Translations under genes and position numbers: made by a program | Source of the DNA: an uncultured delta proteobacterium | GTDB lineage: Bacteria > Desulfobacterota > Binatia > Binatales > Binataceae | NCBI GenBank assembly: GCA_963808235.1 | Contig: CAWEEQ010000004.1 | Location: forward strand, 3,648,001 to 3,712,000 | Length of the DNA stretch: 64,000 nt | Direction: 5' to 3' | Shown: positions 31,299-40,698 of the stretch, in pieces | How positions within the stretch are numbered: position 1 is the first letter of the stretch | How the letters are laid out: every line of letters starts with the position of its first letter | Notes under the pieces: model-generated | Seen by the model: only the letters and a program-made list of their open reading frames with translations | The model's database searches: none | Told to the model about the DNA's origin: nothing

Positions 31299-32720
31299 AT
31301 GTCGGTACTCTCCGAAGAGCTACTCACTTTCGACGTTGCGACCCTTTCCGCCAAGCTCCAGGCGCGCGATATCTCTCCGGTCGAGCTGACCGAAGCCTAC
31401 CTCGCCCGGATCGAACGCACCGACTCATCTCTTCGCGCTTACATCACGGTCACAGACGCACTCGCACGCAAAACTGCGAAAAAGGCCGAGGCGGAAATTA
31501 CCGCCGGGAAATGGCGCGGGCCGTTTCATGGCATTCCGATCGCGCTCAAGGATCTCGTTTACACGAAAAAGATCCGCACTACCGGCGGCTCGAAAATTCT
31601 CGCCGACTTTATGCCGGATTACGACGCGACCGTGTGGAGTCGGCTGGCCCGCGCCGGAGCGGTGCTGCTCGGCAAGCTCAACCTGCACGAGTTCGCATAC
31701 GGGATCACATCGTCGAATCCACACTGGGGAAGCGTCCGCAATCCCTACGCGCTCGATCGAATTCCGGGCGGCTCGAGTGGCGGCTCGGCCGCCGCGATAG
31801 TTGCGCGCAGCGCCGCCGCCACGATCGGCACCGACACCGGCGGTTCGATCCGCATTCCGGCGGCGCTCTGCGGATGCGTCGGCTTGAAACCCACTTGGAG
31901 CCGGGTCAGCCGCTACGGCGTATTGCCGCTCGCCTACACGCTCGATCACGTCGGCCCAATCACTCGCACCGTGCGCGACGCCGCAATGATGCTGCAAGTG
32001 ATCGCCGGCGCCGACCGCAACGATTCCACCGCGAGCCGCGAGCGCGTTCCCGACTACAGCGCGAGCCTCCAGTCCGACATCAAGGGCAAACGCGTCGGCA
32101 TCATTCGCGAGCTGAACGACGGACTCAGCGACGAGGTCGCGAGCTCATTCAACGCCGCGCTCGATACTTTGAAATCGCTCGGCGCGATCATCGACCAAGT
32201 TACGATTCCATCGCTTCCGCTCTCCGGCGCAATGAACGGGATCATCACCTGGGCCGAGGCGCTCGAGATCCACGAGGACTGGATGCGCACCCGGCCGCGC
32301 GACTACGGCGATGACGTCCGGCGGCTGCTGGAAAATGGCATGATGACGCCGGCGACCAGCTACATCCGCGCGCAGCGGGCGCGCGCCCGCACCCTGGCGG
32401 AGGCGAGCGCGGTGCTCAGCGACCATGACGTGCTGGTCGCTCCTGCAAGCGCGATCGTCGCCCCGAAGATCGGCAATACTCAGATGCTCGAAGCAGGTGA
32501 AGACCGCGTTGACGTGGTAGCGGAGATCCTTCGTTTCACGCAGCCGTTCGATTCGACCGGGCAACCGGCGCTGGCTATTCCGACTGGACTCTCGCCGGCC
32601 GGACTGCCCATTGCGATGCAGGTCATCGGGCGTCCATTCGGCGAAGTCGAAGTACTACAGGTCGCATCCGCCTACGAACGCGCCCGTGGTGAGATCAAGC
32701 GTCCGCCGGAACTCGCATAA
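31299..32720 (+). CDS. Amidase signature family (GatA/AtzE-like)
   Basis: GIPIALKD, GGSSGGS, GTDTGGSIRIPA. Confidence 0.93.
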   Translation: MSVLSEELLTFDVATLSAKLQARDISPVELTEAYLARIERTDSSLRAYITVTDALARKTAKKAEAEITAGKWRGPFHGIPIALKDLVYTKKIRTTGGSKILADFMPDYDATVWSRLARAGAVLLGKLNLHEFAYGITSSNPHWGSVRNPYALDRIPGGSSGGSAAAIVARSAAATIGTDTGGSIRIPAALCGCVGLKPTWSRVSRYGVLPLAYTLDHVGPITRTVRDAAMMLQVIAGADRNDSTASRERVPDYSASLQSDIKGKRVGIIRELNDGLSDEVASSFNAALDTLKSLGAIIDQVTIPSLPLSGAMNGIITWAEALEIHEDWMRTRPRDYGDDVRRLLENGMMTPATSYIRAQRARARTLAEASAVLSDHDVLVAPASAIVAPKIGNTQMLEAGEDRVDVVAEILRFTQPFDSTGQPALAIPTGLSPAGLPIAMQVIGRPFGEVEVLQVASAYERARGEIKRPPELA

Positions 32721-32833
32721 CAGCACTTACACGATCCGCAAATAGTCCGGTGACGGTAGCGGCGTTTAGCCAGGCGGAGTCGCATCATGCAGGAGCCAAT
32801 TCGCTGGGTCTTGAATAGCCTCCGTGCAGGGAA

Positions 32834-32863
32834 TATTGCTAGTTACGCTTGTAACTAGTAATA
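32834..32863. promoter_or_regulatory. Palindromic operator upstream of MerR-type gene
   Basis: TATTGCTAGTTAC-GCTT-GTAACTAGTAATA, 13-bp arms with one mismatch. Confidence 0.7.
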
Positions 32864-33339
32864 TGAAACGTGTCCTAAAAGAGAAATTTTCCGTAGGCGA
32901 GGTGCACCAACTCACGGGTTTTAAACCGCGAATGCTCGACTACCTTTACCGGGCAGGCGTGTTGATCCCGACACTGGACCCGAGCCCTGGGAGAGGGAAG
33001 GATAGGTTCTATAGCTTTAACGACGTTGTTATCGGGAGGGCACTGAGCGATCTGCTCCGATGCGGAATTTCGGTCTCCAAGCTAAAAAAGGCGTTGGCGA
33101 AACTCCGGTCAAATCCCGCGATTGCACCCGACCATCTGCCCGGCAGATATCTTGTGACCGACGGAACCGAAGTTTTTTTCACAGATCGTAAGGATGTCTT
33201 TGTGAACCTCAATAAGGGCGGCCAGCTCGCCTTCGCCTTCGTTTTTCAGGCACGACGGCTCCGTGACGAAGTTCTGGAAAAGTGCGGCACGATGTCGGCG
33301 GCCGCTGCGGCACCTCGCCGCGCCGCTCAACCTAGGTGA
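32863..33339 (+). CDS. MerR-type HTH regulator
   Basis: FSVGEVHQLTG..MLDY..GVLIP..GRGKDRFYSFND; LVTDG..GQL C-terminal domain. Confidence 0.82.
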   Translation: MKRVLKEKFSVGEVHQLTGFKPRMLDYLYRAGVLIPTLDPSPGRGKDRFYSFNDVVIGRALSDLLRCGISVSKLKKALAKLRSNPAIAPDHLPGRYLVTDGTEVFFTDRKDVFVNLNKGGQLAFAFVFQARRLRDEVLEKCGTMSAAAAAPRRAAQPR

Positions 33340-33407
33340 AGACTATGAGAATTCACGCTGGCGTTCTGTAGCCAGACCCTACGGATGGAGAATGATCGAC
33401 GGCGCTC

Positions 33408-34295
33408 GTGTTGAACCGGGACGAAATCAAAAGGCCGGGCATCATAGCTGAGAATGCTGCCAGTGAGGGCAACCAAAGCTGGCGCGCGGCCAGCTATGAC
33501 GTGCGCGTCGGAACAATTCTCGCGGTGGAATCGGACGGCCGGAGCCGTTTGAGCGAGGCAAACTTCTGCGTAGTTCCACCGCAGGGAATGGTTGAGGTCA
33601 TCTCGCTTGAGACCATCAAAGTGCCGGAGAATGTCGCCGGTTATGCCTCAGTATTGACGAGGCTATCGAGACGCGGCCTCTTGGCTCTAAATACCGGGAT
33701 AATCGACCCGAGCTACGAGGGGCCGGTTTCGGCAGTCATGGTGAACTTCGGGAAGACTGCGTTTAGCCTGAGCAGCGGCGACTCATTTTTGAGGCTTTCG
33801 TTTCATCAATGTACCGTTCCAGACAAGTTCGAGCCAATACGGCGCGTTGATCGAGAGGAATTCCTGCGCGAGCGAAAGAAGGAGGCTGGGGAGCGCTTTT
33901 CCGAATCTTTCCTCGACATCGCGGCGCATATCGATGAAATCGCCAAAGGCGCTTTCTGGCGGTATCTTGGCCGAGCGGCGGCGTTGGTAGCCCTTGTGGC
34001 GTTGATGGTAACCCTTGTCACGTGGGGAGTCACCCTTGGAGTTGCGCACTGGCAAGGGGGCTTTCTTTCCAAGGACCAAATCAGAGCGGCAGTGGATGAG
34101 TACTTCCAGAGCGACGATTTTAGGTCTCTCAAGTCAAACCTAGCAGAGATCAAAAGAGAAGATCTGCACGAGGAAGTGCGTTTGGCGGTGGAGCGGGCTT
34201 TGGCTAGTTCTCAGCCGAAGGCCGCAAACTCCGCCGAGCAAGGCGGTGCGGAAAACGCAAAGCGGCCAAGTCGGCAAGGAGCGGAGCACAAATGA
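33408..34295 (+). CDS. dCTP deaminase/dUTPase-fold protein with TM helix and helical tail
   Basis: ASYDVRVG, SLETIKVP, GIIDPSYEG; hydrophobic AAALVALVALMVTLVTWGVTLGV segment. Confidence 0.8.
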   Translation: MLNRDEIKRPGIIAENAASEGNQSWRAASYDVRVGTILAVESDGRSRLSEANFCVVPPQGMVEVISLETIKVPENVAGYASVLTRLSRRGLLALNTGIIDPSYEGPVSAVMVNFGKTAFSLSSGDSFLRLSFHQCTVPDKFEPIRRVDREEFLRERKKEAGERFSESFLDIAAHIDEIAKGAFWRYLGRAAALVALVALMVTLVTWGVTLGVAHWQGGFLSKDQIRAAVDEYFQSDDFRSLKSNLAEIKREDLHEEVRLAVERALASSQPKAANSAEQGGAENAKRPSRQGAEHK

Positions 34296-35311
34296 ACGGT
34301 TTTGACGGCCAAGCTCCAACCTTTGAATCGCTGGATGAGGTCCAAACGTGGGTGCTCTCCTCTCTGTTGGATCACGGGAGCCCGGTCACTTCCCGCGGGA
34401 TGCCGACTCTCGAACTCTTCCCGGTTTCATTCACCCTCGCGCATCCCCGGCGGCGCTGCATCACAAATCCGGAACGCCGCTGGAACCTCCCGCTTGCGAT
34501 TGGCGAATTTTGCTGGCACGCGACCGGATCGAACGACGTGCGCTTCATCGAGTATTACGCGCCTCGATGGAGGGAATTCACTGACGGGATTGCGATTCTC
34601 GGCAGTTGCTACGGACACCACATCTTTTCTCGGAAGGACGGGCAGCCCAGCCAATGGGAGCGCCTGATCGGTCTGTTGCGCGCGGAGCGCCATTCGCGGC
34701 GGGCCGTGCTCCAATTATTTGCGCCCGAACCAGGGCTCGACCCGGATACGAAGGATGCGCCTTGCACGTGCAGCGTTCAGTTCATGATTCGTGACAACCG
34801 GCTGCACGCGATTGTCTATATGCGGAGCAACGATTCGATCTGGGGCCTGCCGTACGATGTCTTTCTGTTCACCATGCTGCAGGAATTGCTCGCCGTCGAG
34901 TTTGGCGTCGAGTTGGGTTCGTATCACCATATCGTGGGTTCGCTGCACTTGTACCGGCGGCACTTCGAACTTGCCAAGCGGATCGTTTCATCCCGCGCCT
35001 CCTTCGCCTACGAAATGCCTCCGATCGAGGCGCACAGCGAGCTCCCATCGTTTTTGAAAATGGAAAGTTTGATCCGCACCAACGCTCCGGTGAGTGCAGA
35101 AATCGATGCGCTGCATCCCTACTGGAAGGATCTCCTTCATGTTCTGCGGTGGCATTCGCAACGGAAGCTGAACAATGGGCAGGAGGCAGACTTCCCCCAA
35201 GAATCCATATATGCGCCTTTACTGCTTGCGACGGCTCGGATCGCCACGAGCGCGGCGGAACACCAGCAGGCTGCCCCCACGCCATTGCGGCTTGGCCGTA
35301 GCGAGCACTAG
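34292..35311 (+). CDS. Thymidylate synthase-superfamily protein (dNMP methylase/hydroxymethylase-like)
   Basis: SRRAV, PCT catalytic Cys, MRSND..GLPYD, GSLHLY; ATGA-coupled to previous gene. Confidence 0.88.
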   Translation: MNGFDGQAPTFESLDEVQTWVLSSLLDHGSPVTSRGMPTLELFPVSFTLAHPRRRCITNPERRWNLPLAIGEFCWHATGSNDVRFIEYYAPRWREFTDGIAILGSCYGHHIFSRKDGQPSQWERLIGLLRAERHSRRAVLQLFAPEPGLDPDTKDAPCTCSVQFMIRDNRLHAIVYMRSNDSIWGLPYDVFLFTMLQELLAVEFGVELGSYHHIVGSLHLYRRHFELAKRIVSSRASFAYEMPPIEAHSELPSFLKMESLIRTNAPVSAEIDALHPYWKDLLHVLRWHSQRKLNNGQEADFPQESIYAPLLLATARIATSAAEHQQAAPTPLRLGRSEH

Positions 35312-35340
35312 CAAGACCGCGTGGAGCGCGAGAGATCGCC

Positions 35341-36318
35341 GTGGATCCCGATATCACGCCTCTTTTCGACACATACTGGCGATTTGCCGCTGAGCGCCAA
35401 GGGATCTTCTGCCGTCGGCTTACCGACCCGGCCGGTCCGTGGACGGACGATCCAATCCTGCGTTCCTATCGATTCACCAACGCATACCGAGCATCCGATC
35501 GGGTCAGCCAGTATCTCATCCGAGAAGTTCAGTATCGCGCCGACCGACCGCAAACTCCGCCCGAGTTATTCTTCCGGACGCTGCTGTTCAAGTTCTTCAA
35601 TCGCATCGGAACCTGGGAGGAAATCGAACGCGCGATCGGTCCGGTCGTTTGGGAGGGGTTCGACCTGACGGCGATCGCCCGTGTCTTTGAGACGATGATC
35701 GAGCGCGGGATGCCACTCTATTCCACCGCCTACATCATGCCGGCGCCGCGGCTGGGCTGCCGCCGGAAGTACGAAAACCATCTGGTTCTCTTGGCGCACA
35801 TGATAAGAGAACACCTGCCGGAGCGCATTGAACGTGCGCCGTCGCTTAAGTCAGTTTACGAAATGCTTCTCGCATTTCCAGGGATCGGCCGGTTCTTAGC
35901 CTTTCAGTACGCCGTCGACCTGAACTATTCGGCGATGCTCAACTTCGACGAGGCAGATTTTGTCGTGGCCGGACCGGGTGCGATCGATGGTATCGCCAAG
36001 TGTTTCGCAGACACCGCCGGCATGACTCCCGAGGATGTCATTCACTGGATGGTTGAGCGCCAGAAAGCCGAATTCGCGCGCCTTAGCTTACGGTTCCAAG
36101 ACCTGTTTGGTAGGCGGCTTCAGCCGGTCGATATCCAGAACATCTTCTGCGAGGTTTCGAAATATACTCGGGTGTCACACCCAGAGGTGGTTGGAGCTTC
36201 GGGGCGAACACGAATCAAGCAGACCTATCGCTCGAATTCGGCGCCATTGGCCGAGCCTATGTATCCGCCGAGATGGCGACTTCGTCTATCTCGACCGCTC
36301 ACTTATCTACACGCATAA
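35341..36318 (+). CDS. aGPT-Pplase1 (alpha-glutamyl/putrescinyl thymine pyrophosphorylase clade 1) DNA base-hypermodification protein
   Basis: YWRFAAERQ, PWTDDPIL..FTNAYRASDRVSQYLI, GIGRFLAFQ HhH-like motif, GPGA, QNIFCEVSKY. Confidence 0.85.
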   Translation: MDPDITPLFDTYWRFAAERQGIFCRRLTDPAGPWTDDPILRSYRFTNAYRASDRVSQYLIREVQYRADRPQTPPELFFRTLLFKFFNRIGTWEEIERAIGPVVWEGFDLTAIARVFETMIERGMPLYSTAYIMPAPRLGCRRKYENHLVLLAHMIREHLPERIERAPSLKSVYEMLLAFPGIGRFLAFQYAVDLNYSAMLNFDEADFVVAGPGAIDGIAKCFADTAGMTPEDVIHWMVERQKAEFARLSLRFQDLFGRRLQPVDIQNIFCEVSKYTRVSHPEVVGASGRTRIKQTYRSNSAPLAEPMYPPRWRLRLSRPLTYLHA

Positions 36319-36353
36319 GCGGCTCTATGCCACCAGGAGCCGGTGGATAACGC

Positions 36354-37451
36354 CTACACGATCCGTAAGTAGTCCGGCGAGGGCAGCGGCGGGAACTTCG
36401 GCGCCGGCAGGGTCTGGTACCAAAACGCTACGGATGCGATATCGTCCTGGAGCGGGAGGAACTCCGCGCCGCGCCGCGGGTCGCCGGCCCATCCCAGCGC
36501 CTGGATCGTGACGCGCAGATCTTTCGCGAACCTTATCGGGTCCGCGATATGCCATCGGTACATTCCGAATCTCTGCTGCGACGCGTAAAGCCCGTCAGGC
36601 CGTATGACTTGCGCTAGTCCTGCATACGGCGTCGTGAACTCGCGGTACCCGCCATTTTCCTTGCCAACGTCGAAGTTATACGAGCCGCAAAAATAATCTT
36701 CGGTTCCGGTGCCGCAGATAGTCGGGAACTCGGCGTCGCCATCGATAAAAAACTTTATCTCGCCCTCGCCCCACCATCCGCTGTTGTGCACGCCCCACGC
36801 CATGTAGGTGCCGACGTAATGCCCGCGGCCGCTGATGCCGTCGAGAATCGTAAACACTTCCTTGTACGGAAGGGGATTCACGCGCCGGAACTGCGCATGG
36901 AAGTATGCGGCGTCATTAGGCACTTCGGTAAGTGAGTAATTGATTTGGTAGTATAGAATCATCGCCGTTTCGGCGGTGTTGGTCATCGTGATCCGGCATC
37001 GCTTGCGAAACGGCATCTCCCAATAGCAATTGAACGCGCTGCCCGGATTCACGCAGACCGCCAGCGACGAGACTTGCGCATAGCGGTTCCATCCGCATGC
37101 GAAAAAATCGCCGACCGGGCATTCCACCGACGGCGCCGCCGAGTCGTCCCAGTAAATCCGCATGATACTCGAGCGCCATGGCCCGGTCGGCGTCATCCAG
37201 ATTTGCGCGATCGCGCCCGCACCCGCGATATCGGCGATCACCTTCACTTCGCCCGGCTCGACTACGACGTACGGCGAGACTTTCCATCCGCGCCCGAGCC
37301 TGCGCGCCGGACTCTTTAACGGGTCGGGCGACGCCATCGCGCCCTTTCCTTTCTCGCCGGTCGGATTTTCGGGACTTATCGAGCGGCTTTCCGCCTTCGA
37401 CAGAAGCGAAAGATTGCCCATGTGCATGCCGAGCCCGTTGAACGATTCCAT
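36354..37451 (-). CDS. DUF2961 / glycoside hydrolase family 172 protein
   Basis: RSISPENPTGEKG, WWGEGE, GTGTEDYF, YRWHIADPIRF. Confidence 0.88.
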   Translation of the reverse strand: MESFNGLGMHMGNLSLLSKAESRSISPENPTGEKGKGAMASPDPLKSPARRLGRGWKVSPYVVVEPGEVKVIADIAGAGAIAQIWMTPTGPWRSSIMRIYWDDSAAPSVECPVGDFFACGWNRYAQVSSLAVCVNPGSAFNCYWEMPFRKRCRITMTNTAETAMILYYQINYSLTEVPNDAAYFHAQFRRVNPLPYKEVFTILDGISGRGHYVGTYMAWGVHNSGWWGEGEIKFFIDGDAEFPTICGTGTEDYFCGSYNFDVGKENGGYREFTTPYAGLAQVIRPDGLYASQQRFGMYRWHIADPIRFAKDLRVTIQALGWAGDPRRGAEFLPLQDDIASVAFWYQTLPAPKFPPLPSPDYLRIV

Positions 37452-37507
37452 CGCGAGCGAATTCCTCCCCGGACACTTTCAACTTTCAACGGGCATCTTT
37501 CAACGAG

Positions 37508-38470
37508 CTACATTTCGAACTCAACCGTCACAAAATCGTGGTCCGATGCGCGCCGCGACAATATCGACAGGCGCGGCGAGATCACAGCCGCGCTCCCCGC
37601 AACCGGACGCAGGCCGCGGAACGCGAGCCAGTCGAGTTTCGGCCTCATTAAGTGCGGGATAAATCCTGCGAAGGTAAAGGTCGCGCGATATTTTACGTTG
37701 GCGCCGTCGATCTCGAGTCCACGTTCCCTTATTCGCTCGAATAATGGCTCGTAGCGTTCGGGATCGCGGAACCGGCGCGGGCTTGCGATCATTTGCGCCG
37801 CCACCGTTGCCAGTCCGGATAGTCCCGGCAGCTCGGTAGTGGTCGTGTTCAGATCGCCTCCGAAAATCGCGCGCCCAATCTGCGGAAACTCGGCCATGTA
37901 CGCAGCCATCTGCCGTTCGCGCTTGGCCGGAGTGCATCGGCTATTCAGATGCGCCACGCCGAGCGTGATCGTTTCACCGCCGAATCGCGCCGACGCATAG
38001 AGTCCGGTCGGCGTGCCGACTCGCTTGAAGCGCGAGCTTAGCGAGGGGATCATCCGCGGGATGCGCGGACTCGGCATCGCGATCGCGACCACATCGTCGA
38101 GCGGCTGCCGGCATAAGATCGTATTGCCCCAATGCTCGATGATCTTGCCGTCGCCCTCCATGATTCCGAACTCCGGAATGTGGGCGTAACTCATGTCGAG
38201 CGACGCGGCGAGTTCCGACGCCACATCGTAGCTCTGCGATCGCCGCGTTCCCGTGTTGGCTTCACAGAGCAGGATCACATCCGCGTCGTGCAGTGGTGGA
38301 CGCTTCAGGCAAGCCTCGGCCGTGCTCAGGCGCCGGCCGCCGGCAATGTTCAGGAGCACGACCCGAATCCGCGAACGCGAAGGCCGCGCCGCACGGTTCA
38401 CGACGATTGGCGGGAAGTAGGGTGTCGGCTTTGCGACGGCCGTGCCGAGATCGCGCGCTTCGAGATTCAT
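37508..38470 (-). CDS. Endonuclease/exonuclease/phosphatase family protein
   Basis: LLNI, LLCE, GNTIL, AHL, GGDLN, LDW, SDH. Confidence 0.85.
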   Translation of the reverse strand: MNLEARDLGTAVAKPTPYFPPIVVNRAARPSRSRIRVVLLNIAGGRRLSTAEACLKRPPLHDADVILLCEANTGTRRSQSYDVASELAASLDMSYAHIPEFGIMEGDGKIIEHWGNTILCRQPLDDVVAIAMPSPRIPRMIPSLSSRFKRVGTPTGLYASARFGGETITLGVAHLNSRCTPAKRERQMAAYMAEFPQIGRAIFGGDLNTTTTELPGLSGLATVAAQMIASPRRFRDPERYEPLFERIRERGLEIDGANVKYRATFTFAGFIPHLMRPKLDWLAFRGLRPVAGSAAVISPRLSILSRRASDHDFVTVEFEM

Positions 38471-38479
38471 CGCAACGAG

Positions 38480-40576
38480 CTATTCGACCAGCTCTTTCTG
38501 AAGTTCCTTGAACGACGTGATCGGCGCCGTGCAGGTGTGCTCGCGGCACACGTAAGCCGTCACACGTCCGTCGATTTGCCGCTTGTCCCGCACCTGCTCC
38601 GGAATGAAACCGGTTTGCGCACTCGCGGGATCGGCGACGTAAAGGGCGCGGTTGGGCACATAGATGAGGCCGAGGCGCTCGATCCATTCGAGCAAGTCCA
38701 CAGAGTGCGCGCCGCCCACCAGCACCACCTCGGTCGGCCCGCGTTGATAAAGATCGACCGCTTCGAGCATGTGCGAAAATCCGAACGGCTGTTTTTCTAT
38801 GAACTCGCGAAACAATTTCAGCGTCCGCTCCGCCTCGACGCGGTACCGCTCTTCGCCGGTGTAATCGTGCAGCCTGAGCAGCGCCATGGCGGCGGCGCTG
38901 TTGCCCGACGGCGTCGATCCGTCGAAGGCAGCCTTCGAGCGCGTGATCAACGCCTCGTGATCGTCCGAGGTGAAAAAGAATCCGCCCTTTTCCTTGTCGA
39001 TGAAGCGCTCGAGAATCACGCCGGCAAGCGTGCGCGCGTGCGCGAGGTACTTCGAATCGAGCGACGCCTCATATAGATCGAGCATCGCGCTTGCGAGCTG
39101 CGCATAGTCTTCGAGGTAAGCGTTGTGCCGCGCGACGCCGTCCTTGAACGATCGCTTGAGCGCGCACCCGTCCCACATCGCCGACATGATAAACCCGGCT
39201 GCGCGCTCGGCAGCCGCGAGATAGCGCGACTCATGCAGCGCGCGATATCCCTCCGCGAATGCGCCGATCATCATCGCATTCCACGCGACCAGAATCTTTT
39301 CGTCGCGCCCCGGTTTCACTCTTTGTTCGCGCGCCGCGAAGAGCTTCTGCCGAATCTCCCGAATCCTCGACCTGAGCTCATCTTCCGAGAGCTTGAACAT
39401 CCGCGCCGCGTCGGCAACTTCGACCGTTCGATGTGCAATGTTTGCGCCTTCGAAATTTCCCTCGATCGTGATGTCGTAATAGCGCTCCGCAACGTCGCTA
39501 AGCTCCGGACCAACCACCCGCTCGACTTCCTCCGGCGTCCAGACGAAGAACTTTCCTTCCTCGCCCTCGCTGTCGGCGTCCTGCGAGGCGTAGAAGCCGC
39601 CTTCAGGACTGGTCATCTCGCGGATCCCGTATTCGAAGATCTCGCGCGCGACGCTCAGGAACTCGGGCTCGTTCAGCGCACGGCCCGCATCCAGGTAGAG
39701 CCGCGCCAGGAGCGCGTTGTCGTAAAGCATCTTTTCGAAATGCGGCACCAGCCATCGATCGTCGACGCTGTAGCGATGGAACCCGCCGCCGATCTGATCG
39801 TAGATTCCGCCGCGCGCCATCTTCTGGAGTGTGTGCCGCACCATCTCGGCCATCGCCTCGTCGCCATCGGCGGCATGCACGCGAAGAAAAAGCGAGAACA
39901 CGAACGTGTTGGGAAATTTCGGCGCCTGCCCGAGCCCACCGTTGATACTGTCATAATGCGCGGCCAGCGCACGCGCCGAATCGGCCGCGAGATTCGCCCT
40001 CAAGTCATCGCCAGTCGGAGTGTAATTGGTGAGCGCGCCGAGCGCCTCAGTCAGCTTCTCGACGTTGCTGATGACTTCCTTCGCGCCGTCACTATAAGCG
40101 CGCGCGACCGCGGCCAGGATTCGCGGGAATCCGGGCATCCCGCCGCGATCCTCAGGAGGATAGTAAGTGCCTCCGAAAAACGGCCGCCCGTCCGGCGCAA
40201 GGAACATCGTGAGCGGCCATCCGCCGCGCCCGGTGATCATCTGCACCGCATCCATATAGATCTGGTCGAGATCCGGCCGCTCTTCGCGATCGACCTTTAT
40301 CGCGACGAAGTTTTCATTAATCAGCTTCGCGATCTGTTCGTTCTCGAACGACTCGCGCTCCATCACATGACACCAATGACACGCCGAGTATCCGATCGAG
40401 AGCATGATCGGCTTGTTCTCTGACTGCGCGCGCGCAAGCGCGTCAGGCCCCCACGCATACCAATCGACCGGATTGTACGCGTGCTGACGCAGGTACGGAC
40501 TCTGCTCATTGATTAGTCGATTCGGCTTCGCGCCGGCGCGACTATGATCGCTATCTGGATTGTTGCCCTGACTCAT
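38480..40576 (-). CDS. YyaL/SSP411 thioredoxin-domain protein
   Basis: [35 protein letters not shown]. Confidence 0.93.
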   Translation of the reverse strand: MSQGNNPDSDHSRAGAKPNRLINEQSPYLRQHAYNPVDWYAWGPDALARAQSENKPIMLSIGYSACHWCHVMERESFENEQIAKLINENFVAIKVDREERPDLDQIYMDAVQMITGRGGWPLTMFLAPDGRPFFGGTYYPPEDRGGMPGFPRILAAVARAYSDGAKEVISNVEKLTEALGALTNYTPTGDDLRANLAADSARALAAHYDSINGGLGQAPKFPNTFVFSLFLRVHAADGDEAMAEMVRHTLQKMARGGIYDQIGGGFHRYSVDDRWLVPHFEKMLYDNALLARLYLDAGRALNEPEFLSVAREIFEYGIREMTSPEGGFYASQDADSEGEEGKFFVWTPEEVERVVGPELSDVAERYYDITIEGNFEGANIAHRTVEVADAARMFKLSEDELRSRIREIRQKLFAAREQRVKPGRDEKILVAWNAMMIGAFAEGYRALHESRYLAAAERAAGFIMSAMWDGCALKRSFKDGVARHNAYLEDYAQLASAMLDLYEASLDSKYLAHARTLAGVILERFIDKEKGGFFFTSDDHEALITRSKAAFDGSTPSGNSAAAMALLRLHDYTGEERYRVEAERTLKLFREFIEKQPFGFSHMLEAVDLYQRGPTEVVLVGGAHSVDLLEWIERLGLIYVPNRALYVADPASAQTGFIPEQVRDKRQIDGRVTAYVCREHTCTAPITSFKELQKELVE

Positions 40577-40698
40577 CTTCTTTCTTCGAAAATATCATGC
40601 ACGCGAATTCGCTGCGAACAGCCTCCCGCGCGGTATGTAGCAGAGCGGCGCGCCTGACGGTTACAATTCATCGCGATGCCTTCCCGCAGGGAAATACG

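Noticed and set aside
31299-32720. Calling the amidase gatA
   Set aside because: No gatB adjacent and the sequence has LHEFAYG rather than the GatA-type MDEFAMG motif.
33408-34295. Calling this gene dcd
   Set aside because: Catalytic Ser/Glu motifs are altered and a TM tail is fused.
34292-35311. Calling this gene thyA
   Set aside because: Asp at the dUMP-specificity position, divergent termini and accessory context.
32721-36353. Prophage or integrative element carrying the modification cassette
   Set aside because: No integrase, transposase, structural genes, tRNA target or flanking direct repeats seen.
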